64,000 bases of DNA from Narcine bancroftii (GCF_036971445.1 NC_091471.1:163866001-163930000), one strand, 5' to 3'; shown: positions 11,441 to 23,652, counted from the first letter of the stretch. Numbers and translations are program-made. The notes: generated from the sequence alone by a model not told the origin.

Positions 11441-14400
11441 ACTTCTCTGTGGATTGTCACTTTGTCGTGGTGGAGAAGCTTGTGTGGTCCTGAGATCCTA
11501 AGAGTGATGCCATCTGGAGCTATGCTTCTGGTAGGGTCACCCATGGCAGTCAGTTTGAGGATGAGGTCCCTGACAAAGAATAACCTAACCAAGTCCTCAT
11601 TGATGGAATAGGCAGACCAAGTTGCTCTGAACTCAATGGCAGTGAAGGTGGGTGAAGGTTGCAACAAATCCATCAGCTCCAATTGTCAATGTTTCCATGC
11701 CATTGGAATTAGTTGGTTGATTTGTGAAGTATAAAATGTGCTTCTTGGAGTTCAACATCAAGTACACGTTAAACAAATACAAACACAGATGTCTTTGCTC
11801 TGTGGGCTAAGCTTCCTCAAGTCTTTCAATGATCAGGGGAGGGTAATGGGAGCAGTCAAATGTGATGGCTGGAAGCTTCTAGCCAAGAACCAACACAAAA
11901 CAGTAACTACTTGATTAGTCGCTCAACATTTGAACCGAAGCAGGAAAGTGGTTCAGTCGCAATACTCACATCTGAGCAGTCCTAGTTAGGATCCATTCTG
12001 GAGGAGGCTAGAAAGGTGCCCTAAAAATAGTCTGCTTCACTCCATTCTGTCTGGAAAACCGCATCCAGAGGGTTCACCATCATGTGGTCGAAAAACATCA
12101 AGAAGTGAGACTATGAAATTTGGAACCTGGAAATTTGGAACCTCTAATGGATAACCCAAACTTAGACTGACCAGAGAGGAGAATTGCCTTTGTTGCCTGG
12201 GAACTCCAAAAATTCAACTTTGATATTGTTGCTCTGAGTGAAACTCGTAGAGATAGAGAAGGGCAGATAAAAGAAGAGCAAGGTCAGTGCACCTTTTTCT
12301 GGAAAGGACTTGATCCTGAACAACCAAGGATCCATGGAGTAGGTTTGGCCATCTGAAATAGCCTACTTCAGAAGCTGACAGAGCATCAACTAGGAATCAA
12401 GAAACATCTCATGAATATGCAAATCCAGCTCATCAAGAACCAACATGTCACCATCGTCAGTGCCTACGCTCCATTTCTGGATGCTGAAGATGAATAAAGA
12501 TTAACTTTTATGCCCAACTTGATGACGTCCTTCCCTCAGTTCCCAACAAGAACAAGATCATTCTCTTGGGAGATTTCAATGCCAGAGTCAATAAAGATCA
12601 TAGGACCTGGACTGGAGTAATAAGCAAGGATGGAGTTGGCAAAGTCAATGTCAATAGAACTCTCCTCACCAAATGTGCTGAACACAACCTGGTGATTACA
12701 AACACCTTATTTCCCTAGAAAATTATAGGCACAAATTCTCCTGGTAGCATCTACACTTCAAATGTTTTCACCTTATTGATTACATTAACTAACAAGATGC
12801 AATGATAACAATAGCTGTTACTGGCACCAATGAGTGCTGGACAGACCATCAACTTTTGTCATCCATTAGGAGAATGAAGATTTGGTCCAAGAAGAAGCAT
12901 CAAAATCAGAACACTATTAAGAGATGTTGACACCTTTCAAGACATCAACCATTTACATAAGTTCCAACAACATCTTCAAGAACAGCTGCATCAACAAATC
13001 CTACCATCTGCAGAAGAACACTGGAATCGATCGAAGAAACATGCAAAGAAACAATTGGGTTTAAGACAAAACAACACATCAGGATTGGTTCAATGATATT
13101 GACAAACTACTCCAACAACTCATCCATGAAAAGAGAAAAGCTTTCATCACCTTATAAAATGACCAACAATCGACTTCCAACTGCATCAACTGCTTAGCAA
13201 GAACTTGATAAATGAAGATGTACCAGCAGACCTTAGAAACTCAGCGATCATTACCATTTACAAAAGGAAAGGCGATCAATCCAAATGCAGAAACTATCAA
13301 GGAATTTCCCTGTTAGCAACAGCAGGAAAGATCCTTACCTGCATTATGAATAACCAGCTCAAACCTTTAGCCGAGAAGATCCATCCAGAGACATGAAGCA
13401 ATCAACATGATCTTCACAATGCGACAACTACTAGAAAAATGTTAGGAACAACTTCAACTTTTATATATGGTATTCATTGACCTCACTAAAGGCTCTGACT
13501 TGGTATCAAGGGAACTCTTATGGGATGTTCTTTCCACCTATGGATACCTTGAAAAGTACATATGAATCCTGAGACTCTTCTACAAAGGCATGTTTGCCAC
13601 AGCCTTGGTCAGCAACAGTAACTGTAAGCCTTTTCATATCAAATCAGGAGTAAAACAGGGATGTGTTATTGCCCTAACCTCATTTGCCATCTTTATTGCG
13701 ACAATCATCCTCATTATCAAGGACAATCTACCCCCAGGAATTGAAATTGATGACAGAACAGATGAGAGACTTTCCAATCTTGCCCATATCAAGTCTAAAA
13801 ACAAGACATCCGTGAGTTCCCTCACTGAGTTCCAAATCACAGATAGCAATAGTGTTGTAGGTCTCTCAGAATACTACCTACAACAGATTCTGACTGCCTT
13901 TGATTGCACATGCACAAAGCTTGGAATTCCAGAAAGACTCAGATCATCTGCCAACCATCATCAACTGAGACAAATCTGATAGAACCGTCAATTCAACTTG
14001 TCGAAACAACCCTGGAAAATGTGGACCACTTTCTGTATTTTGGAAGGCACCTCTCCTCCAATGTTGATCTTAATGACGAGATCCAACTTCGACTTAAATG
14101 CGTCGGAACAGTTTTTGGACGTCTCTGAACAAGAGTGTTTAATGATCATGGCATCTGAATGGACACCAAAATATTAGTCTACAAAGCAGTGGTGATCCCA
14201 ACGCTCCTGTATACATCAGAATCCTGGACAACATACCTGCGATATCTAAAGGCTTTTGAAAAGTTCCATCAATGCTGCCTTCAAAACATCTTAACTATCA
14301 GCTGTGAAGATAGAGGATCTAATGTCAGTGTGCTAGATGAAGCAAATACAACAACCATTGAGGCTTACATCATAAAGAACCAGCTAAGATGTAGCGGTCA

Positions 14401-14819
14401 TTTTGTTTGGATGAAAGACGAACATCTGCCAAAACAAATCTACTCCCACCCACCTTAAAGAAGGAAAATTAAAAAGAGGTGGTCCACAGAAAAATTTAAA
14501 GACATCTTAAAAGCCAACATGAAGGTACGTAACATTGACATCAACAATTGGGAAACCAATGGCAAGGACAGGAAACTCTGGCAAATGCTCATCTGAGAAG
14601 GAAGAGCAACTTACAAAGCCAACAGATGTGCAGAATTGGAAGAAAAGAGAAGTTAATGGGAAGAGGCAGCAACACCCAAAGCCCGATCTGCCATCTGGAA
14701 CTCCCTGTCCTGAATGCAGAAGAACTTTCAAAGCCAAGTTTGGACTCATAAGCCCCTAAGTAGGGGCTTACCTCAGAATGAAGGCCATCATCCTCGATCT
14801 CAAGGGATAGCCACAAAGA
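11441..14819 (+). mobile_element. Near full-length RTE-clade LINE, decayed (5' leader, APE endonuclease, RT, C-terminal Cys/His motif)
   Basis: MKFGTW at 12113, DIVALSETR, VSAYAP, ILLGDFNARV, NYQGISLLATAGKIL, GVKQGCVIA, CPEC. Flanked by tatctactc (11432-11440) and tatccactc (14820-14828). Confidence 0.92.
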
Positions 14820-15557
14820 TATCCACTCGGTAGCTTAATTGGGCTTGTGTCCAGTTGAATGGCAGGAGCTGGGAGAGTTGTGGGGAGAACAAAATGGAAA
14901 GCTGCAACAACAAATGTGCAGGAAAAACTGCTGACTTGGAGAGTTTATCTCGTACTTCTATGTATTGCTGAACAAAATGGGATCAGTGTCAGACCAATGG
15001 AGATGAGTGCTTGATGGTCACTGCATTTAACTAGGTGAAGGGCTACTTTCCATTTATATGATGGAATAACCCTCTCTTGATACCATGGAAGCAAGGACTT
15101 TTACAGCAGCAGAAAGGATTGCCATTTCTCATACTGATCAACTTAGTTGCATGACAGCTGCTAACAATTTCCATTTTTTTAGTGATAACCATTTAATCCC
15201 AGCTGAAATTTCCAGGGAATGCATCCTGACCAGGAGAATGGGTAGAGAGCATGGTGAGAGAATAATATGAATGGTGTTCAAATTCACCTTCACTCACATC
15301 CCTGAACTTTTAATGTGGGGTCATTTAAGCTCATTGCACATATTTACCTAAATTTGATTTCATTGATAACTCTCAATGAGCAAAGGACTGGCCTTAAGAG
15401 CCCATAACCCCCTGATTGAGGGGACTATGTGCATCAGCCATCAGAGGTATGTGAGTTCTAGTTATAAACAGACCTAAAATCAGATGGAATTGGTTCAAAT
15501 TCAGAATGGAGAGTATCAGCAAGAGAAATTAGACATGCAGCAACTTTTCTGACATTA

Positions 15558-15752
15558 GGCGGCTTAGTTGGCGTAGCAGTGAGCGTGACACTGTTTCAGT
15601 AATAGCAATCGGGACTGGGGTTCAAATCCCGCACTGTCTGTATGAAGCTTGTATGTTTTCCCCGTGTCTGCATGGGTTTTTTTCCTGGGGCTCCAGTTTC
15701 CTCCCACCATTCAAGATGTACTGAGGGGTACAGGTTAATTGGCTGTAATTGG
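15558..15752 (+). mobile_element. tRNA-derived SINE (HE1/V-SINE-like)
   Basis: A-box-like tggcgtagcag, B-box ggttcaaatccc, and core gtatgttttccccgtgtctgcatgggttt..ggctccagtttcctcccac. Confidence 0.85.
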
Positions 15753-17990
15753 AAATTTAAAAAAAATTCCAACCAACAGCCTTTGCAGGGGAAGCATAAG
15801 ACAAACTTAAAAGGATCGGGAGATACCTACAAGTTAATTGGAAGACAATCAGGAAAAGAATTTAAAGTTGAATCGAACAACGATGGTACGGGAACAGATC
15901 AGTGTTTGAAAGGCCAGCAATAGAGCCAATTAATCCAAATAATTTATGATTCAGGAAATGAAGCATTCCCAGTTCGAATCGCAAAACCTTCCTCATTTGC
16001 GGAATTGACATCCTTGTTATGCATCACATTACTTGCATTATTCATAGTTACATGGCTATTTTACACAATCACAAATCTGAAGATCCAAAACACTGTTCAA
16101 AAAGTTTAAAAAATATTGAAGGAAAAGGCATTCACATTTTACATTAGATATCCAAATGATTCAGTGACTGTTTTATTTAGTATCTCTCTCTATCCATATA
16201 ATTACCACAACATTAATTTGAAAGCTGTGAGAAAAAATAGCAGGGTCGGTTTCGATATACTTAACTAATCATTAGCTAAATATCAGATTAAAATGCCACA
16301 GATGCCTCAGATGTCTGCAGTTAGAAAACTAGCAGATTAATAATGAAATTCCTTCATTGCCAAGGAGAGACAATCATTGTTTACCCAGTTACAGCTGCAG
16401 GTGATCACAGGTCACACATAATTTCTCTCATGCCATTCAAGCTCTGTTGGAGAAATAAGAGGTTTAACTCCTGCAACCATTGAACATAAAGTCATATAAC
16501 TAAAAGCCCATCTCATCTGAGCTTCTTGCCAGAGAATTTTTTTGAAGCCAGGTGGAAGTTCTGCATTCATTGTCAAAGGCAATAATAATAATCTCATGGA
16601 CTAGTTCATTGAAGGTAATAAGCTATCAGAGTTGCAGATGTCTGTGTTCAACTAATTTATATAGAATGGGGAACAGTTAGTAATTGATGGAAATGTTATG
16701 TTAAGATTTTCTTGTCTTGGCAAATGACACATCTGTACCTGAACCCACACTGCCTTCTCTTGCAGTGTTGTGTCCATATCCATTTGGGCATTCAACAATT
16801 AGTAAAAGTGACAGTTCTTGTGTCATCAGATGGAATTGGTTCAGGGCTGAATGTTGGAGCAAGGAAAGCTGCTATCAGTATCTGATCTGGCTCATACCAC
16901 ATCACGATGGTTGACTATTAAACTACTTGATGATCCTACAAGTCAAGCTTAAGGTGGTGCATCTTCATTAACTGGTGTCAGACAATAATTCCAAATGTAC
17001 CAACATGGCCATTTCTCAATAAAGTTCATAACCTTTTCTCTGGACACAGTCAGATTGAAGCAGATGCCCAAAGCAGGTATGACTTGGCTCAACCATAGCA
17101 GCAGAGCATGTAAATTGATGAGAACGTTCATTAGCTGAAATAGTTCATACCTTTTTCTCTTCTGAAGGGCTGATACCCTTTCTATCTATTTGTAGCACTG
17201 AGAAAACCAGGGCAAGTAAATTTAAGATAATATCCAGAAGGGCCAGAGGAAACACAAGGAGGTTATTTTTAACTTAGCAAGATGTTATGACTGCAAATGT
17301 ATTGGCTGGAAGAGTGATGGAAGTGGGCTCAATATTCAGTGCCACATTGTAATTGGATTTCAAGTTGAAAAGCAAAATATTACTGGAATGTATTCCAACT
17401 GAAGTAAATAGATAATAGGGTCAAATACCCTTGTAGAAATATAAAAGAAAGGATAAAGATTTTTATTTACCATTTTTATTCACAGTTATAGAATGTATGA
17501 CAAAAATAAAGGATGCCGAAGCATGAAAATATAAAGCAGTGATCACATTTCTCCAAAAATCACAAGTTACACTGAAGAATTAAAGTTTGATTGGGTTATG
17601 ACATAATAATACAAAACATAAATGTGACCCATGGCAGATGTGATGACTTCGCCCTGAGAGATTGGTCATTTGAACAGAGGGAAGCGAGATGCCTCAGTGA
17701 CAGCCAATCAGAAAACAGCCTTTATATTTTTGTCAGTTATTATGGTATCCACCTGGAAGAGGGCTCTGTTAGCTATCTGCTATTTTATGAAACAACTTAA
17801 CATCCTTTTGCAAGTGGTATGAAATTGCTCCTTGTGTAACAGCATTGCAATTATTTCAGACCTTTTATGAAACATTTACACATGCTATCCTACGCAGTCA
17901 AATGGGACTAGTAAGGTCAGCATGGATAAGTTGGGATGAAAGAGTCTCTTTCCATGCCATAGATCTCAGAAATTCTTTCTTGATTAAGTA

Positions 17991-18033
17991 CAGTGAAACC
18001 CCAATTTAACGTGAAATTGGATATAATGTGATC
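17991..18033. mobile_element. Tigger/pogo-like MITE terminus (single TIR)
   Basis: ta|cagtgaaaccccaatttaacgtgaaattggatataatgtg resembles a TA-flanked Tigger-type terminus with its internal repeat. Confidence 0.4.
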
Positions 18034-18396
18034 CACTCCTGGATCCAGGGCTTGTGGCAGGCCAATGAGTGGTAGAGTAAAGCGCTGTGGAACTTCAGCA
18101 ACCATCTGCCCTCCAGGTCAGCCGGTGACGTGCACACCGGCGACCACTGGTTGAAGCAGAGAGCCGGGCTAGTCCAATCACAGCAGCTGGGGCAGGTGGC
18201 AGTTGCAGTACAGCAGGTTGTTGTCCAGGCTCAGCACGGACAAGGCTGTGAGCTGACAGCAGTGTGCTCTCTTCCAGCATGGCAAGTGCATGGCCAACTC
18301 CCTCAGCTTGTAGAGCTGCCAAAGATTCTGCTCCTGTGGAGGGAGATGACGCTGAGGTAACACAGTCAGAGTGTGGCCAGGTTGTGCAGGTAGGAT
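18033..18396 (-). pseudogene. Decayed fragment of a LINGO-family (LINGO3-like) LRR/LRRCT gene
   Basis: Across frameshifts the minus strand reads SYLHNLATL*LCYLSVISL / EQNLWQLYKLREL / [deletion] LAMLEESTLLSAHSL / SVLSLDNNLLYCNCHL / LCFNQWSPVCTSPADLEGRWLLKFHSALLYHSLACHKPWIQE. This matches the order and motifs of LINGO LRRs and LRRCT as I recall them (LEDQNFRRL, LSTLEESTFHS, NPLACDCRL, CxxP..CRKPKIRE). Confidence 0.8.
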
Positions 18397-20153
18397 TGGG
18401 ATTTGACTGAAATGGAGGTAAGGCAGGTTGAAATACTGCTGCTGATGCCGACCAATACTTAACTAAGCTTCACACACTGAGTAAGTCCTATGAATTTGGA
18501 TATTTGAAAAATTCACTCATTAATATAGTTTGCAGAATCTCAGATAATAGGCTCAGAAAAAGACTGTTGCATGAAAAAGTGTTTACACTGGAAAAGACTG
18601 CGAATATGTGTAGGGCAGCAAAGACCATAGGAGAACAAGCTAAAGAGCTGCACAAAATAGACAACAGTTAAGGAGCTGTACAGGATAGACACAACAGTGC
18701 ATGTGGTGAAAACAGAGGCAGTGAACCAAGAGTTTCCCAAGGCAACAACAAAGCAAAGAGGTAGGCTCAAATAGCAAATGCAGCAGCTATGAAGGTAAAC
18801 ATATTGCAAAGATGTGTCCTGCCTATGGAAAATCCTACTATACATGTGGGAAGAAAAATCATTTTGTAAAGTGCTGTAAAGCATAGACTACCAAGAGAAA
18901 GGTGCACACAATGGATGAAAATTATGGAGAAATTCTTTGTGGATTGCTGCTGTTAAAACAGAATGGATGACTGTGAATGAGACAGTAATCCCATTTAAGA
19001 TCAACACCAGAGCCCAGGTGAATCTATTATCTATGGACAATTAGAAGACCCTCACCATAAATACCATGATTTATCCTGTGAAATTAAAAGTGACAGGCTA
19101 CATTGGCGAGAATGTTTTAGTAAAAGGGGGCTGTCTAGTGATTTTCAAACACAAAGGGCAGCATTTAAAGTCTCACCTTCTGATTGTAGAAAGGAGAGTA
19201 CAGCCAATATTAGGTCTGAATGCATATGAAGAGTTCGATCTGGTGAAAATAATTTTCATAGTGGCTTCACAGATTGAAGATGAGCACATAACACTGATGG
19301 AATAATACATACATGTCCGAGGGGCTTATATATTTACCTGGTGTATAAAAGATCCACATAGATGAGACAGAGGACTCTGTTATTCATGCATGCAGGAAAG
19401 TTCAGTTTCCACCTAGAGACAAACTTAAACAAGAACTAGCACGCATGGAACAGATGAAAGTCATCCATAAAATTGATGAACCTACAGTTAGGGCCAGCAC
19501 ACTGGTCATCATCCAAAAGAAAAATGCTGCATTGGGTATATGTCTGGACCCAAGAGATCTCAATAAAGCCATCAAGTAAGAGCATTTTAAATTGCCGACA
19601 CAGGAGGAAATGGTCCAAGTTTGCAGGTGCCAAGTGGTTTAGAAAGATCAATATGTCCATTGGGGTTTTGACAGATGAAGCTCGATGAGGCAAGTTTGAG
19701 AATGTGCACTTTCAATACTCCCCAACAAGATACCACTATCTTCGATTACCATATGTGATCTCATCTACACCAGAAGTCTCCATAAAATCATCCACATGAT
19801 CTTTGAAAGTATACCTGGAGTTGAGACCATGATGAATGGCATAATTTTATGGGAGTCCACCAAGAATGAACATGATACATGACAAAGGCAAGTGCCTGAC
19901 ATGACACAGAATGTCAATTTGAAATTAAATAAAGAGAAATGTGAGTTTGGCGTTAAAACATTGACCTTCATAGGAGATGTTGTATCTGAACATGGAGTGA
20001 AGCCTGATCCAAGAAAGACATCAACCATTAGGGATTTTGCGAGGCCCCAAACAAAGAGGAGGTGAGACATTTCTTGGTCAGGGTGACCTACCTGGTTAAG
20101 TTCATCTCTCATCTATTGACTATGTCAGAACCACTTAGGTCACTCCCTGAGTG

Positions 20154-20462
20154 TGTGGTGGCCCTTCGCAGCTCCCCCAGAGGGCCTCACAAAATGAAGG
20201 ATGAACGTGATCCAGCAGGCTGCATGAGGCCCACAGTGCTGCCCTCCAATTGGACACAACCAAAAGAGCTTAACTGGCCTATCGGAAAGTGGATCACAAA
20301 CATACCAATCAGTGCTCAGAGGCTTTGACCAGGCCCCTCAGCTTGAGAATAAAAGCAGGGCTATGAGCCCAATAAAGCTCAGTGTTAACTACACTCAACT
20401 GGGTTTGTGTCATTCTTTCTGGGAACAGCATGTTCTTTCTGAGCTAACCTGCATGCCACTAT
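20154..20462 (+). mobile_element. Solo LTR inserted in Gypsy pol
   Basis: Starts tgtggtggc and ends near gccacta, with CCAAT and aataaa inside. It interrupts pol between SEPLRSL and LKKILTEEPVL. Homologous to 2898-3047. The 3' boundary is approximate. Confidence 0.7.
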
Positions 20463-21716
20463 AACTTCTCCTGTGCTACAGGCTCCACATAGCCATAGCT
20501 TATAGCAGCTAGCTTCAAATGCATCCAGTCACACAAGCAAGAAGAGTGCTTCTAGGCTCTCAAAAAAATCCTAACAGAAGAGCCTGTACTAATATTTTAT
20601 GATCCGATAGGTGCACCAGGATCTGAGCTGATGTATCCCAACATGGCCTTGGAGCAGTACTACTGCTGCAGCATGAGGACACATGGCAACCTGTGGCCTG
20701 TGCATCAAGGGCTTTAACAAGTGCATAAGCCAACTCTGCACAGATGGAGAATGAGTTTCTTGCCAGAACTTATGCTTGCAAAATGATCCATCAATAAATT
20801 TATGGACATGCTTTTGAAGTGGAGACAGACCATAAACCACTGGTCTCAATTATGTCCAAACCACTGAATGACTGTCCCATGAGAGAACAGTGTATATTGA
20901 TAAGGCTGGAGAAATACGATGTGAAAATGATCTACATGTCAGAAAAAATACATGTTTGCAGCTGATGCACTGTCTCGAGCACTTGACAAAAAAGAAAAGA
21001 GTGACCAAGAGGTTAATGTAGAAATACAGGACTCTGTTGACATGACTATCACCTCACTTCCAGTGGATAGATCAAAGCAGATCAGGAAAGCAACAGAGAA
21101 AGATAAAACCATGAAAGAGCTCAAAGATACAATGCAGTAAGGATGACCAGTAGCTAAGAATGAACGTCCAATGGGTATTTGGAATTACTGGGCATGCAGA
21201 GATGAACGGTCAGTTGTGAAAGATATGGACTTCAAAGGGAACAGATTTGTTATTCCAGTGTATCTACGCAAGGAAATGCTCCAGAAGATACACAAAGGAC
21301 ATCTTGGTGAGGAAAAATGCAAATATCGAGCTCAAGACGAGATGTACTGGCCAAGAATGAACCAAGACATAAGAAAGACCACTGTTTCATGCAAAATTTG
21401 CCTTCCCATTATCTAATGGCCTAGCAGAGAGTTCTGTGAAAGTGGTGAAAAGCCTCATGAAGAAAATACATGATGGCTGAGAGGATTTCCACAGAAAGAC
21501 ACTACATCTAATGCAACAAGTACAAGCAGTAGACCGGTGGAGACAGACTGCAGTCCAAAAGGACTGTTAAATCATCTCAGGGACTGATTGAAAGCTGCTG
21601 AGTGGAAAGAGACTGGCCACAGAATGTGGATACTTTTGTTATGTAGATATAGTATTGAGTTTGTGTTTTTGTTTTTTTTTAAGTGGAAAGATGTGTTATT
21701 ATGCGTCTAAATAAGA

Positions 21717-21735
21717 ACTACATTTCCCAACATGC
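21717..21735 (+). promoter_or_regulatory. ZNF143/Staf-like motif in Gypsy 3' LTR
   Basis: actacatttcccaacatgc is close to the ACTACAnnTCCCA-type consensus; tgcgcatg (NRF1-like) follows immediately. Confidence 0.45.
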
Positions 21736-22194
21736 AATGCGCATGGTTGGCTGGAAACCAGAAGTGGTACATGATGGGAGTCATGGGCGTGGTCATTTGA
21801 AGTAGCTCAAGGAAACTAAAGTCAGTTAAGTGTTAAACCCACGTAAAGTCATTCTTCTTGAAAGAACAAGCATGACTGACTAATCCAGTTGATGTGCATC
21901 TGAAAGTGTTCTTGTAAAATTAGTAGAGAGTGTAGAAGGTGGACCATTAACTGTGAAGTTGGAAACACAGAAGCAAAGGACAAGCCAAACCTGATATTGT
22001 TCTGATTGGTGAAGGGAAAAATGCAAGAATTGAAACAGATGTGGTTGAGAACCTATTGGTGGGATGGCACTTTTATTGAGCGGTGATAATGGTGGACCTC
22101 ACTAATGAATGACAAAGCAAGTTAAACTTTTCAAAAATCTGTAATTATCTATTAAACTTCATCGACAGTGATAAGAGTGCTTAATGTCAGCAGG

Positions 22195-22515
22195 GAAAAT
22201 GGTGGTTATTAGTGGACTGGTTATCCTGAGGTGTGAATTAATGATCTGGATACATGAAACTTCAAATCCCACATGACATCTGGTGAACTCTAATTGAATT
22301 AATCTGCAATAACAAGCTTGTATTGATGCTGATGACCATAAACCTACTGACCTCTCATAAAAGCCCAGCTGATTCACCGCTGTCCTGTAGGACAGGAACT
22401 TTTCTAGTTTGACTGCTGTATAGTTTTAAATCTTAGTGTGTTAATTCTGAAGTGTGCAATATTCTAAAATGGCTTACCAAGCCATTCAGTTCAAATGCAA
22501 TTAGTCATGGTTATT
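22195..22515 (+). mobile_element. Old SINE-like repeat (second family; reverse fragments at about 6545-6660 and 16830-16925)
   Basis: ggactggttatcctgagg...ttcaaatcccac (B-box-like)...gaccataaac...aagccattcagtt. Family name uncertain. Confidence 0.55.
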
Positions 22516-22540
22516 AAAAAGTTGCCAGATTTTTGAAATT

Positions 22541-22835
22541 AGAGCATAGACAATGGGACAGTACAGCAAAGGAACTGGCCTTTGGGCAGACGTCGGTGTT
22601 GAGCTTGATGCCTAAATTAAATTACCATTCTGCTGCTTGCACATGATAAACCTCTATTTCCTATATATTCATTTGTCTGTCTAGAGGCCTCTTAAGCACC
22701 ACTATTATATTTGCTTTCATCACTACTCCTGGGAGCCTCTTCTGGGCATCCACCACTTTCTGGTTGAAAAACATGCCCCACATATTTCCTTTAACCTCAC
22801 CCCCTCCCCCCACCCCCTCACCTTGAATACATGTA
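22541..22835 (-). mobile_element. CR1-type LINE 3' end
   Basis: Reverse CR1 tail: cagtacagcaaaggaactggcc...ccaccactttctggttgaaaaa...cctcaccttg. Confidence 0.7.
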
Positions 22836-22842
22836 TAGGTAA

Positions 22843-23652
22843 TTCAAGATTCAAAATTTAAGATTCCTTTATTGTCATGTAATAAAACAGGTGTAATATT
22901 ACACCAAATTTCTTTTAGTCTGCCATAAGGCAAACAGATTTGCCATCAACAAAAATTCCCAGGTACCTCCTGCAGTCAGAGAAGAGAACCAAATATTTGT
23001 GGATTTGCATCCAGCACTCCAGCAGGCTCCACAGCCACACAGACACCAGCCGAAACCATGAGCAACCCAAGCTCCAGATTCAAACCTCTAACATGATCAA
23101 GAAGCCTTCAGTGCCCTCAGCGCCCTCTTCCATCTCAGTTCTGATACCTGGTGCGCGTTCAGCCAGTCTCAAATAAGTATCCACCTGTCCTCAGCCTGGT
23201 GTGAGCCCTTTGACCAGAGTCACCAGCAGCACGAAGCCTGTGTGGGTTCCTTGCCTCAAGTGGCCAACAGCTGCAGAGCCATCATTGGTCTGCCTCTGTG
23301 TAAACATCCCTTAGGGTCATTGCGTCTGCTTCTCCTACTCAAACGAGGGTGGTCTCCCTGTTTTCTGGTGCTTTGCTCCAGTCTTCTGTTTCCCTGGAGT
23401 CTGTAACCCATTGAGGCTGTCGCTGATTATAGGTGCCTCCATCTTGGGCACATACCCGCGGTATCAGGAATTTTAAATAAACCACTGTCAGTTCCTTTAA
23501 AAGGCCATTTGACGCCTGTACAGAACCGTTGGTAGTTGGATTGGGCAGTAGAACCCTGAAGAGGAGCACTGTGTCTCCTCTCATCACTCTCCAAAGGTCT
23601 GCATCAACAGCAGTCCTCCATTGTAGCGGATCGGGCCACGCCACCATTTTTC
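22843..23652 (-). mobile_element. About 800-bp non-coding, non-autonomous retroelement with Rex1-like 3' tail (copy 1)
   Basis: Minus strand ends catgacaataaa plus (aatcttg)n-like repeats; colinear with 36580-37333. Confidence 0.7.

Larger units (their letters stand above)
18445..21880 (+). mobile_element. Decayed Gypsy LTR retrotransposon (5' LTR lost; gag-PR-RT-RH-partial IN; 3' LTR from 21692)
   Basis: gag DQYLTKL..RLRKRLL, zinc knuckle CPAYGK..CGKKNHF, protease FKINTRAQVN, CLDPRDLNKAI, ETDHKPL, ADALSR, HLGEEKC..YWP..C..C. Purine tract aagtggaaaga precedes TG at 21692. Confidence 0.9.

Noticed and set aside
15558-15632. tRNA-like sequence with A/B boxes
   Set aside because: It is the head of a SINE and continues into a SINE core found at several other positions; no convincing cloverleaf.
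16412-17131. Minus-strand ORFs as a possible continuation (Ig/TM) of the LINGO relic
   Set aside because: No Ig-domain or LINGO TM/tail motifs in the frames I checked, and part of the region matches an old SINE-like repeat.
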